This document shows, piece after piece, positions 41,401 through 56,400 of a stretch of DNA of 64,000 nucleotides (the stretch's first letter is position 1; each line of letters starts with the position of its first letter). The notes beneath the pieces are model-generated. The model saw only the letters and a program-made list of their open reading frames with translations, was not told the DNA's origin and did not search any database. The translations under genes were made by a program, and so were the position numbers. This DNA comes from the human T2T-CHM13v2.0 reference genome, Homo sapiens: the NCBI RefSeq assembly GCF_009914755.1, contig NC_060939.1. One strand, given 5' to 3'.

Positions 41401-44400
41401 AATTCTGTTCTACTCGACTCCAATACATTCAATTCCATTCCATCCGATTCCATTACATTCTTTTAATTTCTTATCCATTTCAAGCCATTCCACTCCATTC
41501 CATTCCACTCGTTTCCTTTCCATTCGAGTCCATTCCTCTCCAGTCCATTCCGTTCAATCCATTCCATTCCAGTCCATTCCATTCGAGTCCGTTCCATTCC
41601 AGTCCATTCCATTCGAGTCAATTCCATTCCATTCGATGTCTTTCCATAACGATCCATTCCATTCTATTCCTTTCGATTCCATTCCATTCTATTTCATTCC
41701 ATTCGATTCCCTTCCATTGGACTCCTTTCCATTCGAGTGCATTCCATTCCGTTCCATTTCTTCCCGTTCTGTACGATTCCTACCGTTCGATTTCATTTTG
41801 TTCCAGTCCATTCTTTCGCGTCCATTCCATTCCATTTCACTCCATTCGATTCCATTCCACTCGATTCCACTTCGTTCCATTTCATTGCATTCCATTCTAT
41901 TCAACTCTATTGCCTTCCATTCCATTCCATTCGATTACATTCCATGCGATTCCATTCGAAATCGAATCAATTACATTGCAATCCATTACTATTGAGTCCG
42001 TTTTATTCCAGTCCACTGCATTCTGGTCCATTCCATTTGATTCCATTCCATTCTATTCCATTCCATACAGTTGCATTCCATTGGATTCCATGCTATATCT
42101 ATAAATTCAATTCGAGACCATTGCTTTTGAGTCCATTCTATATGATTCCATTCCATTCAACTCCATTACATTTGGTTAAATTCCATTCCATTAGGGTCAA
42201 TTCCATTCCATTCCATTCCCTTCCATTCCATTCCAGTTCATATCAATCCATTCGATTCCATTCCATTCGAGCACATTCCATTCGAGTCCATTCCATTCGA
42301 TGCCATTCCATTTGATTCTATTCCATTAGTCTCCATTCAATTCCATTAATCTCCATTCCATTCCATTCTACTCCAACTGATTCCATTCCATTCTATTCCT
42401 TTCCATTCCATTTCATTCCATTCCATTCCATTCCGTTCCATTCCATTCGTGTCCATTCCACTCCAGTCCATTCCATTCGTATCCATTCCATTCCAGTCCA
42501 TTCCATTTGTGTCCACTGCATTCCATTCCACTCCATTCCATATTATTCCATTACACTCCATTCCATTCTATTACTTTCATTTCCATTCAATTCCATTCCA
42601 TTTGATTCCATTCCACTCGGTTTCATTCCATTTGAGTCCACTCCATTCCATTCCATTCCATTCAGTTCCATTCCATTCTGTTCCATTCCATTCCGTTCCA
42701 TTACATTCCATTCCATTCGGTACCATTCCATATTGTTCCATTCGATTCCATTCGAATCCATTCCATTCCAGTCCATTCCATTCGATTCCATTCCATTCAT
42801 TTCAATTCCATTCCATTCCATTCCATTCCATTCCATTCCACTTGATTCCTCTCCATTCCCTTCCACTGCATTCCGTTCGATTCCATTCCATTGCATTGCA
42901 TTCCATTCCATTGGATTGCATTCCATTCCATTCCATTCCATTCGAATCAATTACATAGCAATCCATTACATTCGAGTCTATTCTATTCCGTTCCATTCGA
43001 TTTCGTTCCAATCCATTCGATTCCATTCCATTCGATTCCATTCCATACTATTGCATTCCATTCGATTACATTATATTCGAATAAGTTCCATTCAAGACCA
43101 TTTCTTTTGAGTCCATTCTATTTGAGTCCATTCCCTTTGATTCCATAACATTTGAGTCCATTCAATTCCATTCCTTTCGTTTCCATTCCATTTGATGCCA
43201 TTCCATTCAATTCTGTTCTACTCGACTCCAATACATTCAATTCCATTCCATCCGATTCCATTACATTCTTTTCATTTCTTATCCATTTCAAGCCATTCCA
43301 CTCCATTCCATTCCACTCGTTTCCTTTCCATTCGAGTCCATTCCTCTCCAGTCCATTCCGTTCAATCCATTCCATTCCAGTCCATTCCATTCGAGTCCGT
43401 TCCATTCCAGTTCATTCCATTCGAGTCAATTCCATCCCATTCGATGTCTTTCCATAACGATCCATTCCATTCTATTCCTTTCAATTCCATTCCATTCTAT
43501 TTCATTCCATTCGATTCCCTTCCATTGGACTCCTTTCCATTCGAGTGCATTCCATTCCGTTCCATTTCTTTCCGTTCTGTACGATTCCTACCGTTCGATT
43601 TCATTTTGTTCCAGTCCATTCCTTTCGCGTCCATTCCATTCCATTTCACTCCATTCGATTCCATTCCACTCGATTCCACTTCGTTCCATTTCATTGCATT
43701 CCATTCTATTCAACTCTATTGCCTTCCATTCCATTCCATTCGATTACATTCCATGCGATTCCATTCGAAATCGAATCAATTACATTGCAATCCATTACTA
43801 TTGAGTCCGTTTTATTCCAGTCCACTGCATTCTGGTCCATTCCATTTGATTCCATTCCATTCTATTCCATTCCATACAGTTGCATTCCATTGGATTCCAT
43901 TCTATATCTATAAATTCAATTCGAGACCATTGCTTTTGAGTCCATTCTATATGATTCCATTCCATTCAAGTCCATTACATTTGGTTCAATTCCATTCCAT
44001 TCCATTCCTTTCCATTCCATTCCATTTGATATCAATCCATTCGATTCCATTCCATTCGAGCACATTCCATTCGAGTCCATTCCATTCGATGCCATTCCAT
44101 TTGATTCTATTCCATTAGTCTCCATTCAATTCCATTAATCTCCATTCCATTCCATTCTACACCAACTGATTCCATTCCATTCTATTCCTTTCCATTCCAT
44201 TTCATTCCATTCCATTCCATTCCATTCCATTCCATTCGTGTCCATTCCACTCCAGTCCATTCCATTCGTGTCCATTCCGTTCCAGTCCATTCCATTTGTG
44301 TCCACTGCATTCCATTCCACTCCATTCCATATTATTCCATTACACTCCATTCCATTCTATTACTTTCATTTCCATTCAATTCCATTCCATTTGATTCCAT

Positions 44401-47400
44401 TCCACTCGGTTTCATTCCATTTGAGTCCACTCCATTCCATTCCATTCCATTCCATTCAGTTCCATTCCATTCTGTTCCATTCCATTCCGTTCCATTACAT
44501 TCCATTCCATTCGGTACCATTCCATATTGTTCCATTCGATTCCATTCGAATCCATTCCATTCCAGTCCATTCCATTCGATTCCATTCCATTCATTTCAAT
44601 TCCATTCCATTCCATTCCATTACATTCCACTTGATTCCTCTCCATTCCCTTCCACTGCATTCCGTTCGATTCCATTCCATTGCATTGCATTCCATTCCAT
44701 TGGATTGCATTCCATTCGATTCCATTCCATTCGAATCAATTACATAGCAATCCATTACATTCGAGTCTATTCTATTCCGTTCCATTCGATTTCGTTCCAA
44801 TCCATTCGATTCCATTCCATTCGGTTCCATTCCATACTATTGCATTCCATTCGATTACATTATATTCGAATAAGTTCCATTCAAGACCATTTCTTTTGAG
44901 TCCATTCTATTTGAGTCCATTCCCTTTGATTCCATAACATTTGAGTCCATTCAATTCCATTCCTTTCGTTTCCATTCCATTTGATGCCATTCCATTCAAT
45001 TCTGTTCTACTCGACTCCAATACATTGAATTCCATTCCATCCGATTCCATTACATTCTTTTCATTTCTTATCCATTTCAAGCCATTCCACTCCATTCCAT
45101 TCCACTCGTTTCCTTTCCATTCGAGTCCATTCCGTTCAATCCATTCCATTCCAGTCCATTCCATTCGAGTCCGTTCCATTCCAGTCCATTCCATTCGAGT
45201 CAACTCCATCCCATTCGATGTCTTTCCATAACGATCCATTCCATTCTATTCCTTTCAATTCCATTTCATTCTATTTCATTCCATTCGATTCCCTTCCATT
45301 GGACTCCTTTCCATTCGAGTGCATTCCATTCCGTTCCATTTCTTTCCGTTCTGTACGATTCCTACCGTTCGATTTCATTTTGTTCCAGTCCATTCCTTTC
45401 GCGTCCATTCCATTCCATTTGACTCCATTCGATTCCATTCCACTCGATTCCACTTCGTTCCATTTCATTGCATTCCATTCTATTCAACTCTATTGCCTTC
45501 CATTCCATTCCATTCGATTACATTCCATGCGATTCCATTCAAAATCGAATCAATTACATTGCAATCCATTACAATTGAGTCCGTTTTATTCCAGTCCACT
45601 GCATTCTGGTCCATTCCATTTGATTCCATTCCATTCTATTCCATTCCATACAGTTGCATTCCTTTGGATTCCATGCTATATCTATAAATTCAATTCGAGA
45701 CCATTGCTTTTGAGTCCATTCTATATGATTCCATTCCATTCAAGTCCATTACATTTGGTTCAATTCCATTCCATTCCATTCCCTTCCATTCCATTCCAGT
45801 TGATATCAATCCATTCGATTCCATTCCATTCGAGCACATTCCATTTGAGTCCATTCCATTCGATGCCATTCCATTTGATTCTATTCCATTAGTCTCCATT
45901 CAATTCCATTAATCTCCATTCCATTCCATTCTACTCCAACTGATTCCATTCCATTCTATTCCTTTCCATTCCATTTCATTCCATTCCATTCCATTTCGTT
46001 CCATTCCATTCCATTCGCTTCCAATCCATTCGTGTCCATTCCACTCCAGTCCATTCCATTCGTGTCCATTCCATTCCAGTCCATTCCATTTGTGTCCACT
46101 GCATTCCATTCCACTCCATTCCATATTATTCCATTACACTCCATTCCATTCTATTACTTTCATTTCCAATCAATTCCATTCCATTTGATTCCATTCCACT
46201 CGGTTTCATTCCATTTGAGTCCACTCCATTCCATTCCATTCCATTCCATTCAGTTCCATTCCATTCTGTTCCATTCCATTCCGTTCCATTGCATTCCATT
46301 CCATTCGGTACCATTCCATATTGTTCCATTCGATTCCATTCGAATCCATTCCATTCCAGTCCATTCCATTCGATTCCATTCCATTCCTTTCAATTCCATT
46401 CCATTCCATTCCATTCCACTTGATTCCACTCCATTCCCTTCCACTGCATTCCATTCGATTCCATTCCATTGCATTGCATTCCATTCCATTGGACTGCATT
46501 CCATTCGATTCCATTCCATTCGAATCAATTACATAGCAATCCATTACATTCGAGTCTATTCTATTCCGTTCCATTCGATTTCGTTCCAATCCATTCGATT
46601 CCATTCCATTCGATTCCATTCCATACTATTGCATTCCATTCGATTACATTATATTCGAATAAGTTCCATTCAAGACCATTTCTTTTGAGTCCATTCTATT
46701 TGAGTCCATTCCCTTTGATTCCATAACATTTGAGTCCATTCAATTCCATTCCTTTCGTTTCCATTCCATTTGATGCCATTCCATTCAATTCTGTTCTACT
46801 CGACTCCAATACATTCAATTCCATTCCATCCGATTCCATTACATTCTTTTCATTTCTTATCCATTTCAAGCCATTCCACTCCATTCCATTCCACTCGTTT
46901 CCTTTCCATTCGAGTCAATTCCTCTCCAGTCCATTCCGTTCAATCCATTCCATTCCAGTCCATTCCATTCGAGTCCGTTCCATTCCAGTCCACTCCATTC
47001 GAGTCAATTCCATTCCATTCGATGTCTTTCCATAACGATCCATTCCATTCTATTCCTTTCGATTCCATTCCATTCTATTTCATTCCATTCGATTCCCTTC
47101 CATTGGACTCCTTTCCATTCGAGTGCATTCCATTCCGTTCCATTTCTTTCCGTTCTGTACGATTCCTACCGTTCGATTTCATTTTGTTCCAGTCCATTCC
47201 TTTCGCGTCCATTCCATTCCATTTCACTCCATTCGATTCCATTCCACTCGATTCCACTTCGTTCCATTTCATTGCATTCCATTCTATTCAACTCTATTGC
47301 CTTCCATTCCATTCCATTCGATTACATTCCATGCGATTCCATTCGAAATCGAATCAATTACATTGCAATCCATTACTATTGAGTCCGTTTTATTCCAGTC

Positions 47401-50400
47401 CACTGCATTCTGGTCCATTCCATTTGATTCCATTCCATTCTATTCCATTCCATACAGTTGCATTCCATTGGATTCCATGCTATATCTATAAATTCAATTC
47501 GAGACCATTGCTTTTGAGTCCATTCTATATGATTCCATTCCATTCAAGTCCATTACATTTGGTTCAATTCCATTCCATTCCATTCCCTTCCATTCCATTC
47601 CAGTTGATATCAATCCATTCGATTCCATTCCATTCGAGCACATTCCATTCGAGTCCATTCCATTCGATGCCATTCCATTTGATTCTATTCCATTAGTCTC
47701 CATTCAATTCCATTAATCTCCATTCCATTCCATTCTACTCCAACTGATTCCATTCCATTCTATTCCTTTCCATTCCATTTCATTCCATTCCATTCCATTT
47801 CATTCCATTCCATTCCATTCGTGTCCATTCCACTCCAGTCCATTCCATTCGTGTCCATTCCATTCCAGTCCATTCCATTTGTGTCCACTGCATTCCATTC
47901 CACTCCATTCCATATTATTCCATTATACTCCATTCCATTCTATTACTTTCATTTCCATTCAATTCCATTCCATTTGATTCCATTCCACTCGGTTTCATTC
48001 CATTTGAGTCCACTCCATTCCATTCCATTCCATTCCATTCCATTCAGTTCCATTCCATTCTGTTCCATTCCATTCCGTTCCATTACATTCCATTCCATTC
48101 GGTACCATTCCATATTGTTCCATTCGATTCCATTCGAATCCATTCCATTCCAGTCCATTCCATTCGATTCCATTCCATTCATTTCAATTCCATTCCATTC
48201 CATTCCATTACATTCCACTTGATTCCTCTCCATTCCCTTCCACTGCATTCCGTTCGATTCCATTCCATTGCATTGCATTCCATTCCATTGGATTGCATTC
48301 CATTCGATTCCATTCCATTCGAATCAATTACATAGCAATCCATTACATTCGAGTCTATTCTATTCCGTTCCATTCGATTTCGTTCCAATCCATTCGATTC
48401 CATTCCATTCGACTCCATTCCATACTATTGCATTCCATTCTATTACATTATATTCGAATAAGTTCCATTCAAGACCATTTCTTTTGAGTCCATTCTATTT
48501 GAGTCCATTCCCTTTGATTCCATAACATTTGAGTCCATTCAATTCCATTCCTTTCGTTCCCATTCCATTTGATGCCATTCCATTCAATTCTGTTCTACTC
48601 GACTCCAATACATTCAATTCCATTCCATCTGATTCCATTCCATTCTTTTCATTTCTTATCCATTTCAAGCCATTCCACTCCATTCCATTCCACTCGTTTC
48701 CTTTCCATTCGAGTCCATTCCTCTCCAGTCCATTCCGTTCAATCCATTCCATTCCAGTCCATTCCATTCGAGTCCGTTCCATTCCAGTCCACTCCATTCG
48801 AGTCAATTCCATCCCATTCGATGTCTTTCCATAACGATCCATTCCATTCTATTCCTTTCGATTCCATTCCATTCTATTTCATTCCATTCGATTCCCTTCC
48901 ATTGGACTCCTTTCCATTCGAGTGCATTCCATTCCGTTCCATTTCTTACCGTTCTGTACGATTCCTACCGTTCGATTTCATTTTGTTCCAGTCCATTCCT
49001 TTCGCGACTATTCCATTCCATTTCACTCCATTCGATTCCATTCCACTCGATTCCACTTCGTTCCATTTCATTGCATTCCATTCTATTCAACTCTATTGCC
49101 TTCCATTCCATTCCATTCGATTACATTCCATGCGATTCCATTCGAAATCGAATCAATTACATTGCAATCCATTACTATTGAGTCCATTTTATTCCAGTCC
49201 ACTGCATTCTGGTCCATTCCATTTGATTCCATTCCATTCTATTCCATTCCATACAGTTGCATTCCATTGGATTCCATTCTATATCTATAAATTCAATTCT
49301 AGACCATTGCTTTTGAATCCATTCTATATGATTCCATTCCATTCAAGTCCATTACATTTGGTTCAATTCCATTCCATTCCATTCCCTTCCATTCCATTCC
49401 AGTTGATATCAATCCATTCGATTCCATTCCATTCGAGCACATTCCATTTGAGTCCATTCCATTCGATGCCATTCCATTTGATTCTATTCCATTAGTCTCC
49501 ATTCAATTCCATTAATCTCCATTCCATTCCATTCTACTCCAACTGATTCCATTCCATTCTATTCCTTTCCATTCCATTTCATTCCATTCCATTCCATTTC
49601 ATTCCATTCCATTCCATTTCATTCCATTCCATTCCATTCCATTCCATTCGCTTCCATTCCATTCGTCTCCATTCCATTCCTGTCCATTCCATTTGTGTCC
49701 ACTGCATTCCATTCCACTCCATTCCATATTATTCCATTACACTCCATTCCATTCTATTACTTTCATTTCCATTCAATTCCATTCCATTTGATTCCATTCC
49801 ACTCGGTTTCATTCCATTTGAGTCCACTCCATTCCATTCCATTCCATTCCATTCAGTTCCATTCCATTCTGTTCCATTCCATTCCGTTCCATTGCATTCC
49901 ATTCCATTCGGTACCATTCCATATTGTTCCATTCGATTCCATTCGAATCCATTCCATTCCAGTCCATTCCATTCGATTCCATTCCATTCCTTTCAATTCC
50001 ATTCCATTCCATTCCATTCCACTTGATTCCACTCCATTCCCTTCCACTGCATTCCATTCGATTCCATTCCATTGCATTGAATTCCATTCCATTGGACTGC
50101 ATTCCATTCGATTCCATTCCATTCGAATCAATTACATAGCAATCCATTACATTCAAGTCTATTCTATTCCGTTCCATTCGATTTCGTTCCAATCCATTCG
50201 ATTCCATTCCATTCGATTCCATTCCATACTATTGCATTCCATTCTATTACATTATATTCGAATAAGTTCCATTCAAGACCATTTCTTTTGAGTCCATTCT
50301 ATTTGAGTCCATTCCCTTTGATTCCATAACATTTGAGTCCATTCAATTCCATTCCTTTCGTTTCCATTCCATTTGATGCCATTCCATTCAATTCTGTTCT

Positions 50401-53400
50401 ACTCGACTCCAATACATTCAGTTCCATTCCATCCGATTCCATTACATTCTTTTCATTTCTTATCCATTTCAAGCCATTCCACTCCATTCCATTCCACTCG
50501 TTTCCTTTCCATTCGAGTCCATTCCTCTCCAGTCCATTCCGTTCAATCCATTCCATTCCAGTCCATTCCATTCGAGTCCGTTCCATTCCAGTCCATTCCA
50601 TTCGAGTCAATTCCATTCCATTCGATGTCTTTCCGTAACGATCCATTCCATTCTATTCCTTTCGATTCCATTCCATTCTATTTCATTCCATTCGATTCCC
50701 TTCCATTGGACTCCTTTCCATTCGAGTGCATTCCATTCCGTTCCATATCTTTCCGTTCTGTACGATTCCTACCGTTCGATTTCATTTTGTTCCAGTCCAT
50801 TCCTTTCGCGTCCATTCCATTCCATTTCACTCCATTCGATTCCATTCCACTCGATTCCACTTCGTTCCATTTCATTGCATTCCATTCTATTCAACTCTAT
50901 TGCCTTCCATTCCATTCCATTCGATTACATTCCATGCGATTCCATTCGAAATCGAATCAATTACATTGCAATCCATTACTATTGAGTCCGTTTTATTCCA
51001 GTCCACTGCATTCTGTTCCATTCCATTTGATTCCATTCCATTCTATTCCATTCCATACTGTTGCATTCCATTGGATTCCATGCTATATCTATAAATTCAA
51101 TTCGAGACCATTGCTTTTGAGTCCATTCTATATGATTCCATTCCATTCAAGTCCATTACATTTGGTTCAATTCCATTCCATTCCACTCCCTTCCATTCCA
51201 TTCCATTTGATATCAATCCATTCGATTCCATTACATTCGAGCACATTCCATTCGAGTCCATTCCATTCGAGTCCATTCCATTCGATGCCATTCCATTTGA
51301 TTCTATTCCATTAGTCTCCATTCAATTCCATTAATCTCCATTCCATTCCATTCTACTCCAACTGATTCCATTCCATTCTATTCCTTTCCATTCCATTTCA
51401 TTCCATTCCATTCCATTCCATTCCATTCCATTCCATTCCATTCGTGTCCATTCCACTCCAGTCCATTCCATTCGTGTCCATTCCATTCCAGTCCATTCCA
51501 TTTGTGTCCACTGCATTCCATTCCACTCCATTCCATAGTATTCCATTACACTCCATTCCATTCTATCACTTTCATTTCCATTCAATTCCATTCCATTTGA
51601 TTCCATTCCACTCGGTTTCATTCCATTTGAGTCCACTCCATTCCATTCCATTGCATTCCATTCAGTTCCATTCCATTCTGTTTCATTCCATTCCGTTCCA
51701 TTACATTCCATTCCATTCGGTACCATTCCATATTTTTCCATTCGATTCCATTCGAATCCATTCCATTCCAGTCCATTCCATTCGATTCCATTCCATTCAT
51801 TTCAATTCCATTCCATTCCATTCCATTACATTCCACTTGATTCCTCTCCATTCCCTTCCACTGCATTCCGTTCGATTCCATTCCATTGCATTGCATTCCA
51901 TTCCATTGGATTGCATTCCATTCGATTCCATTCCATTCGAATCAATTACATAGCAATCCATTACATTCGAGTCTATTCTATTCCGTTCCATTCGATTTCG
52001 TTCCAATCCATTCGATTCCATTCCATTCGATTCCATTCCATACTATTGCATTCCATTCGATTACATTATATTCGAATAAGTTACATTCAAGACCATTTCT
52101 TTTGAGTCCATTCTATTTGAGTCCATTCCCTTTGATTCCATAACATTTGAGTCCATTCAATTCCATTCCTTTCGTTTCCATTCCATTTGATGCCATTCCA
52201 TTCAATTCTGTTCTACTCGACTCCAATACACTCAATTCCATTCCATCCGATTCCATTACATTCTTTTCATTTCTTATCCATTTCAAGCCATTCCACTCCA
52301 TTCCATTCCACTCGTTTCCTTTCCATTCGAGTCCATTCCTCTCCAGTCCATTCCGTTCAATCCATTCCATTCCAGTCCATTCCATTCGAGTCCGTTCCAT
52401 TCCAGTCCATTCCATTCGAGTCAATTCCATTCCATTCGATGTCTTTCCATAACGATCCATTCCATTCTATTCCTTTCGATTCCATTCCATTCTATTTCAT
52501 TCCATTCGATTCCCTTCCATTGGACTCCTTTCCATTCGAGTGCATTCCATTCCTTTCCATTTCTTTCCGTTCTGTACGATTCCTACCGTTCGATTTCATT
52601 TTGTTCCAGTCCATTCCTTTCGCGTCCATTCCATTCCATTTCACTCCATTCGATTCCATTCCACTCGATTCCACTTCGTTCCATTTCATTGCATTCCATT
52701 CTATTCAACTCTATTGCCTTCCATTCCATTCCATTCGATTACATTCCATGCGATTCCATTCGAAATCGAATCAATTACATTGCAATCCATTACTATTGAG
52801 TCCGTTTTATTCCAGTCGACTGCATTCTGGTCCATTCCATTTGATTCCATTCCATTCTATTCCATTCCATACAGTTGCATTCCATTGGATTCCATGCTAT
52901 AACTATAAATTCAATTCGAGAACATTGCTTTTGAGTCCATTCTATATGATTCCATTCCATTCAAGTCCATTACATTTGGTTCAATTCCATTCCATTCCAT
53001 TCCCTTCCATTCCATTCCATTTGATATCAATCCATTCGATTCCATTCCATTCGAGCACATTCCATTCGAGTCCATTCCATTCGATGCCATTCCATTTGAT
53101 TCTATTCCATTAGTCTCCATTCAATTCCATTAATCTCCATTCCATTCCATTCTACTCCAACTGATTCCATTCCATTCTATTCCTTTGCTTTCCATTTCAT
53201 TCCATTCCATTCCATTTCATTCCATTCCATTCCATTCGTGTCCATTCCACTCCAGTCCATTCCATTCGTGTCCATTCCATTCCAGTCCATTCCATTTGTG
53301 TCCACTGCATTCCATTCCACTCCATTCCATATTATTCCATTACACTCCCTTCCATTCTATTACTTTCATTTCCATTCAATTCCATTCCATTTGATTCCAT

Positions 53401-56400
53401 TCCACTCGGTTTCATTCCATTTGAGTCCACTCCATTCCATTCCATTCCATTCCATTCAGTTCCATTCCATTCTGTTCCATTCAATTCCGTTCCATTACAT
53501 TCCATTCCATTCGGTACCATTCCATATTGTTCCATTCGATTCCATTCGAATCCATTCCATTCCAGTCCATTCCATTCGATTCCATTCCATTCATTTCAAT
53601 TCCATTCCATTCCATTCCATTACATTCCACTTGATTCCTCTCCATTCCCTTCCACTGCATTCCGTTCGATTCCATTCCATTGCATTGCATTCCATTCCAT
53701 TGCATTGCATTCCATTCGATTCCATTCCATTCGTATCAATTACATAGCAATCCATTACATTCGAGTCTATTCTATTCCGTTCCATTCGATTTCGTTCCAA
53801 TCCATTCGATTCCATTCCATTCGATTCCATTCCATACTATTGCATTCCATTCGATTACATTATATTCGAATAAGTTCCATTCAAGACCATTTCTTTTGAG
53901 TCCATTCTATTTGAGTCCATTCCCTTTGATTCCATAACATTTGAGTCCATTCAATTCCATTCCTTTCGTTTCCATTCCATTTGATGCCATTCCATTCAAT
54001 TCTGTTCTACTCGACTCCAATACATTCAATTCCATTCCATCCGATTGCATTACATTCTTTTCATTTCTTATCCATTTCAAGCCATTCCACTCCATTCCAT
54101 TCCACTCGTTTCCTTTCCATTCGAGTCCATTCCTCTCCAGTCCATTCCGTTCAATCCATTCTATTCCAGTCCATTCCATTCGAGTCCGTTCCATTCCAGT
54201 CCATTCCATTCGAGTCAATTCCATCCCATTCGATGTCTTTCCATAACGATCCATTCCATTCTATTCCTTTCGATTCCATTCCATTCTATTTCATTCCATT
54301 CGATTCCCTTCCATTGGACTCCTTTCCATTCGAGTGCATTCCATTCCGTTCCATTTCTTTCCGTTCTGTACGATTCCTACCGTTCGATTTCATTTTGTTC
54401 CAGTCCATTCCTTTCGCGTCCATTCCATTCCATTTCACTCCATTCGATTCCATTCCACTCGATTCCACTTCGTTCCATTTCATTGCATTCCATTCTATTC
54501 AACTCTATTGCCTTCCATTCCATTCCATTCGATTACATTCCATGCGATTCCATTCGAAATCGAATCAATTACATTGCAATCCATAACTATTGAGTCCATT
54601 TTATTCCAGTCCACTGCATTCTGGTCCATTCCATTTGATTCCATTCCATTCTATTCCATTCCATACAGTTGCATTCCATTGGATTCCATTCTATATCTAT
54701 AAATTCAATTCGAGACCATTGCTTTTGAGTCCATTCTATATGATTCCATTCCATTCAAGTCCATTACATTTGGTTCAATTCCATTCCATTCCATTCCCTT
54801 CCATTCCATTCCAGTTGATATCAATCCATTCGATTCCATTCCATTCGAGCACATTCCATTCGAGTCCATTCCATTCGATGCCATTCCATTTGGTTCTATT
54901 CCATTAGTCTCCATTCAATTCCATTAATCTCCATTCCATTCCATTCTACTCCAACTGATTCCATTCCATTCTATTCCTTTCCATTCCATTTCATTCCATT
55001 CCATTCCATTTCATTCCATTCCATTCCATTCCATTCCATTCGCTTCTGTTCCATTCGTGTCCATTCCATTGCAGTCCATTCCATTTGTGTCCACTGCATT
55101 CCATTCCACTCCATTCCATATTATTCCATTACACTCCATTCCATTCTATTACTTTCATTTCCATTCAATTCCGTTCCATTTGATTCCATTCCACTCGGTT
55201 TCATTCCATTTGAGTCCACTCCATTCCATTCCATTCCATTCCATTCAGTTCCATTCCATTCTGTTCCATTCCATTCCGTTCCATTGCATTCCATTCCATT
55301 CGGTACCATTCCATATTGTTCCATTCGATTCCATTCGAATCCATTCCATTCCAGTCCATTCCATTCGATTCCATTCCATTCCTTTCAATTCCATTCCATT
55401 CCATTCCATTCCACTTGATTCCACTCCATTCCCTTCCACTGCATTCCATTCGATTCCATTCCATTGCATTGCATTCCATTCCATTGGACTGCATTCCATT
55501 CGATTCCATTCCATTCGAATCAATTACATAGCAATCCATTACATTCGAGTCTATTCTATTCCGTTCCATTCGATTTCGTTCCAATCCATTCGATTCCATT
55601 CCATTCGATTCCATTCCATACTATTGCATTCCATTCGATTACATTATATTCGAATAAGTTCCATTCAAGACCATTTCTTTTGATTCCATTCTATTTGAGT
55701 CCATTCCCTTTGATTCCATAACATTTGAGTCCATTCAATTCCATTCCTTTCGTTTCCATTCCATTTGATGCCATTCCATTCAATTCTGTTCTACTCGACT
55801 CCAATACATTCAATTCCATTCCATCCGATTCCATTACATTCTTTTCATTTCTTATCCATTTCAAGCCATTCCACTCCATTCCATTCCACTCGTTTCCTTT
55901 CCATTCGAGTCCATTCCTCTCCAGTCCATTCCGTTCAATCCATTCCATTCCAGTCCATTCCATTCGAGTCCGTTCCATTCCAGTCCATTCCATTCGAGTC
56001 AATTCCATTCCATTCGATGTCTTTCCATAACGATCCATTCCATTCTATTCCTTTCGATTCCATTCCATTCTATTTCATTCCATTCGATTCCCTTCCATTG
56101 GACTCCTTTCCATTCGAGTGCATTCCATTCCGTTCCATTTCTTTCCGTTCTGTACGATTCCTACCGTTCGATTTCATTTTGTTCCAGTCCATTCCTTTCG
56201 CGTCCATTCCATTCCATTTCACTCCATTCGATTCCATTCCACTCGATTCCACTTCGTTCCATTTCATTGCATTCCATTCTATTCAACTCTATTGCCTTCC
56301 ATTCCATTCCATTCGATTATATTCCATGCGATTCCATTCGAAATCGAATCAATTACATTGCAATCCATTACTATTGAGTCCGTTTTATTCCAGTCCACTG

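Noticed and set aside
42191-42196. TTAGGG telomeric hexamer
   Set aside because: A single copy created by point mutations in a 15-bp insertion, and altered in the related unit U36.
19000-45700. Idea that 5-unit offsets are favoured because five 5n-1 units restore pentamer phase
   Set aside because: The observed offsets (8938, 8953, 8954, 8958) are not multiples of 5, and in-register unit pairing does not require global phase.
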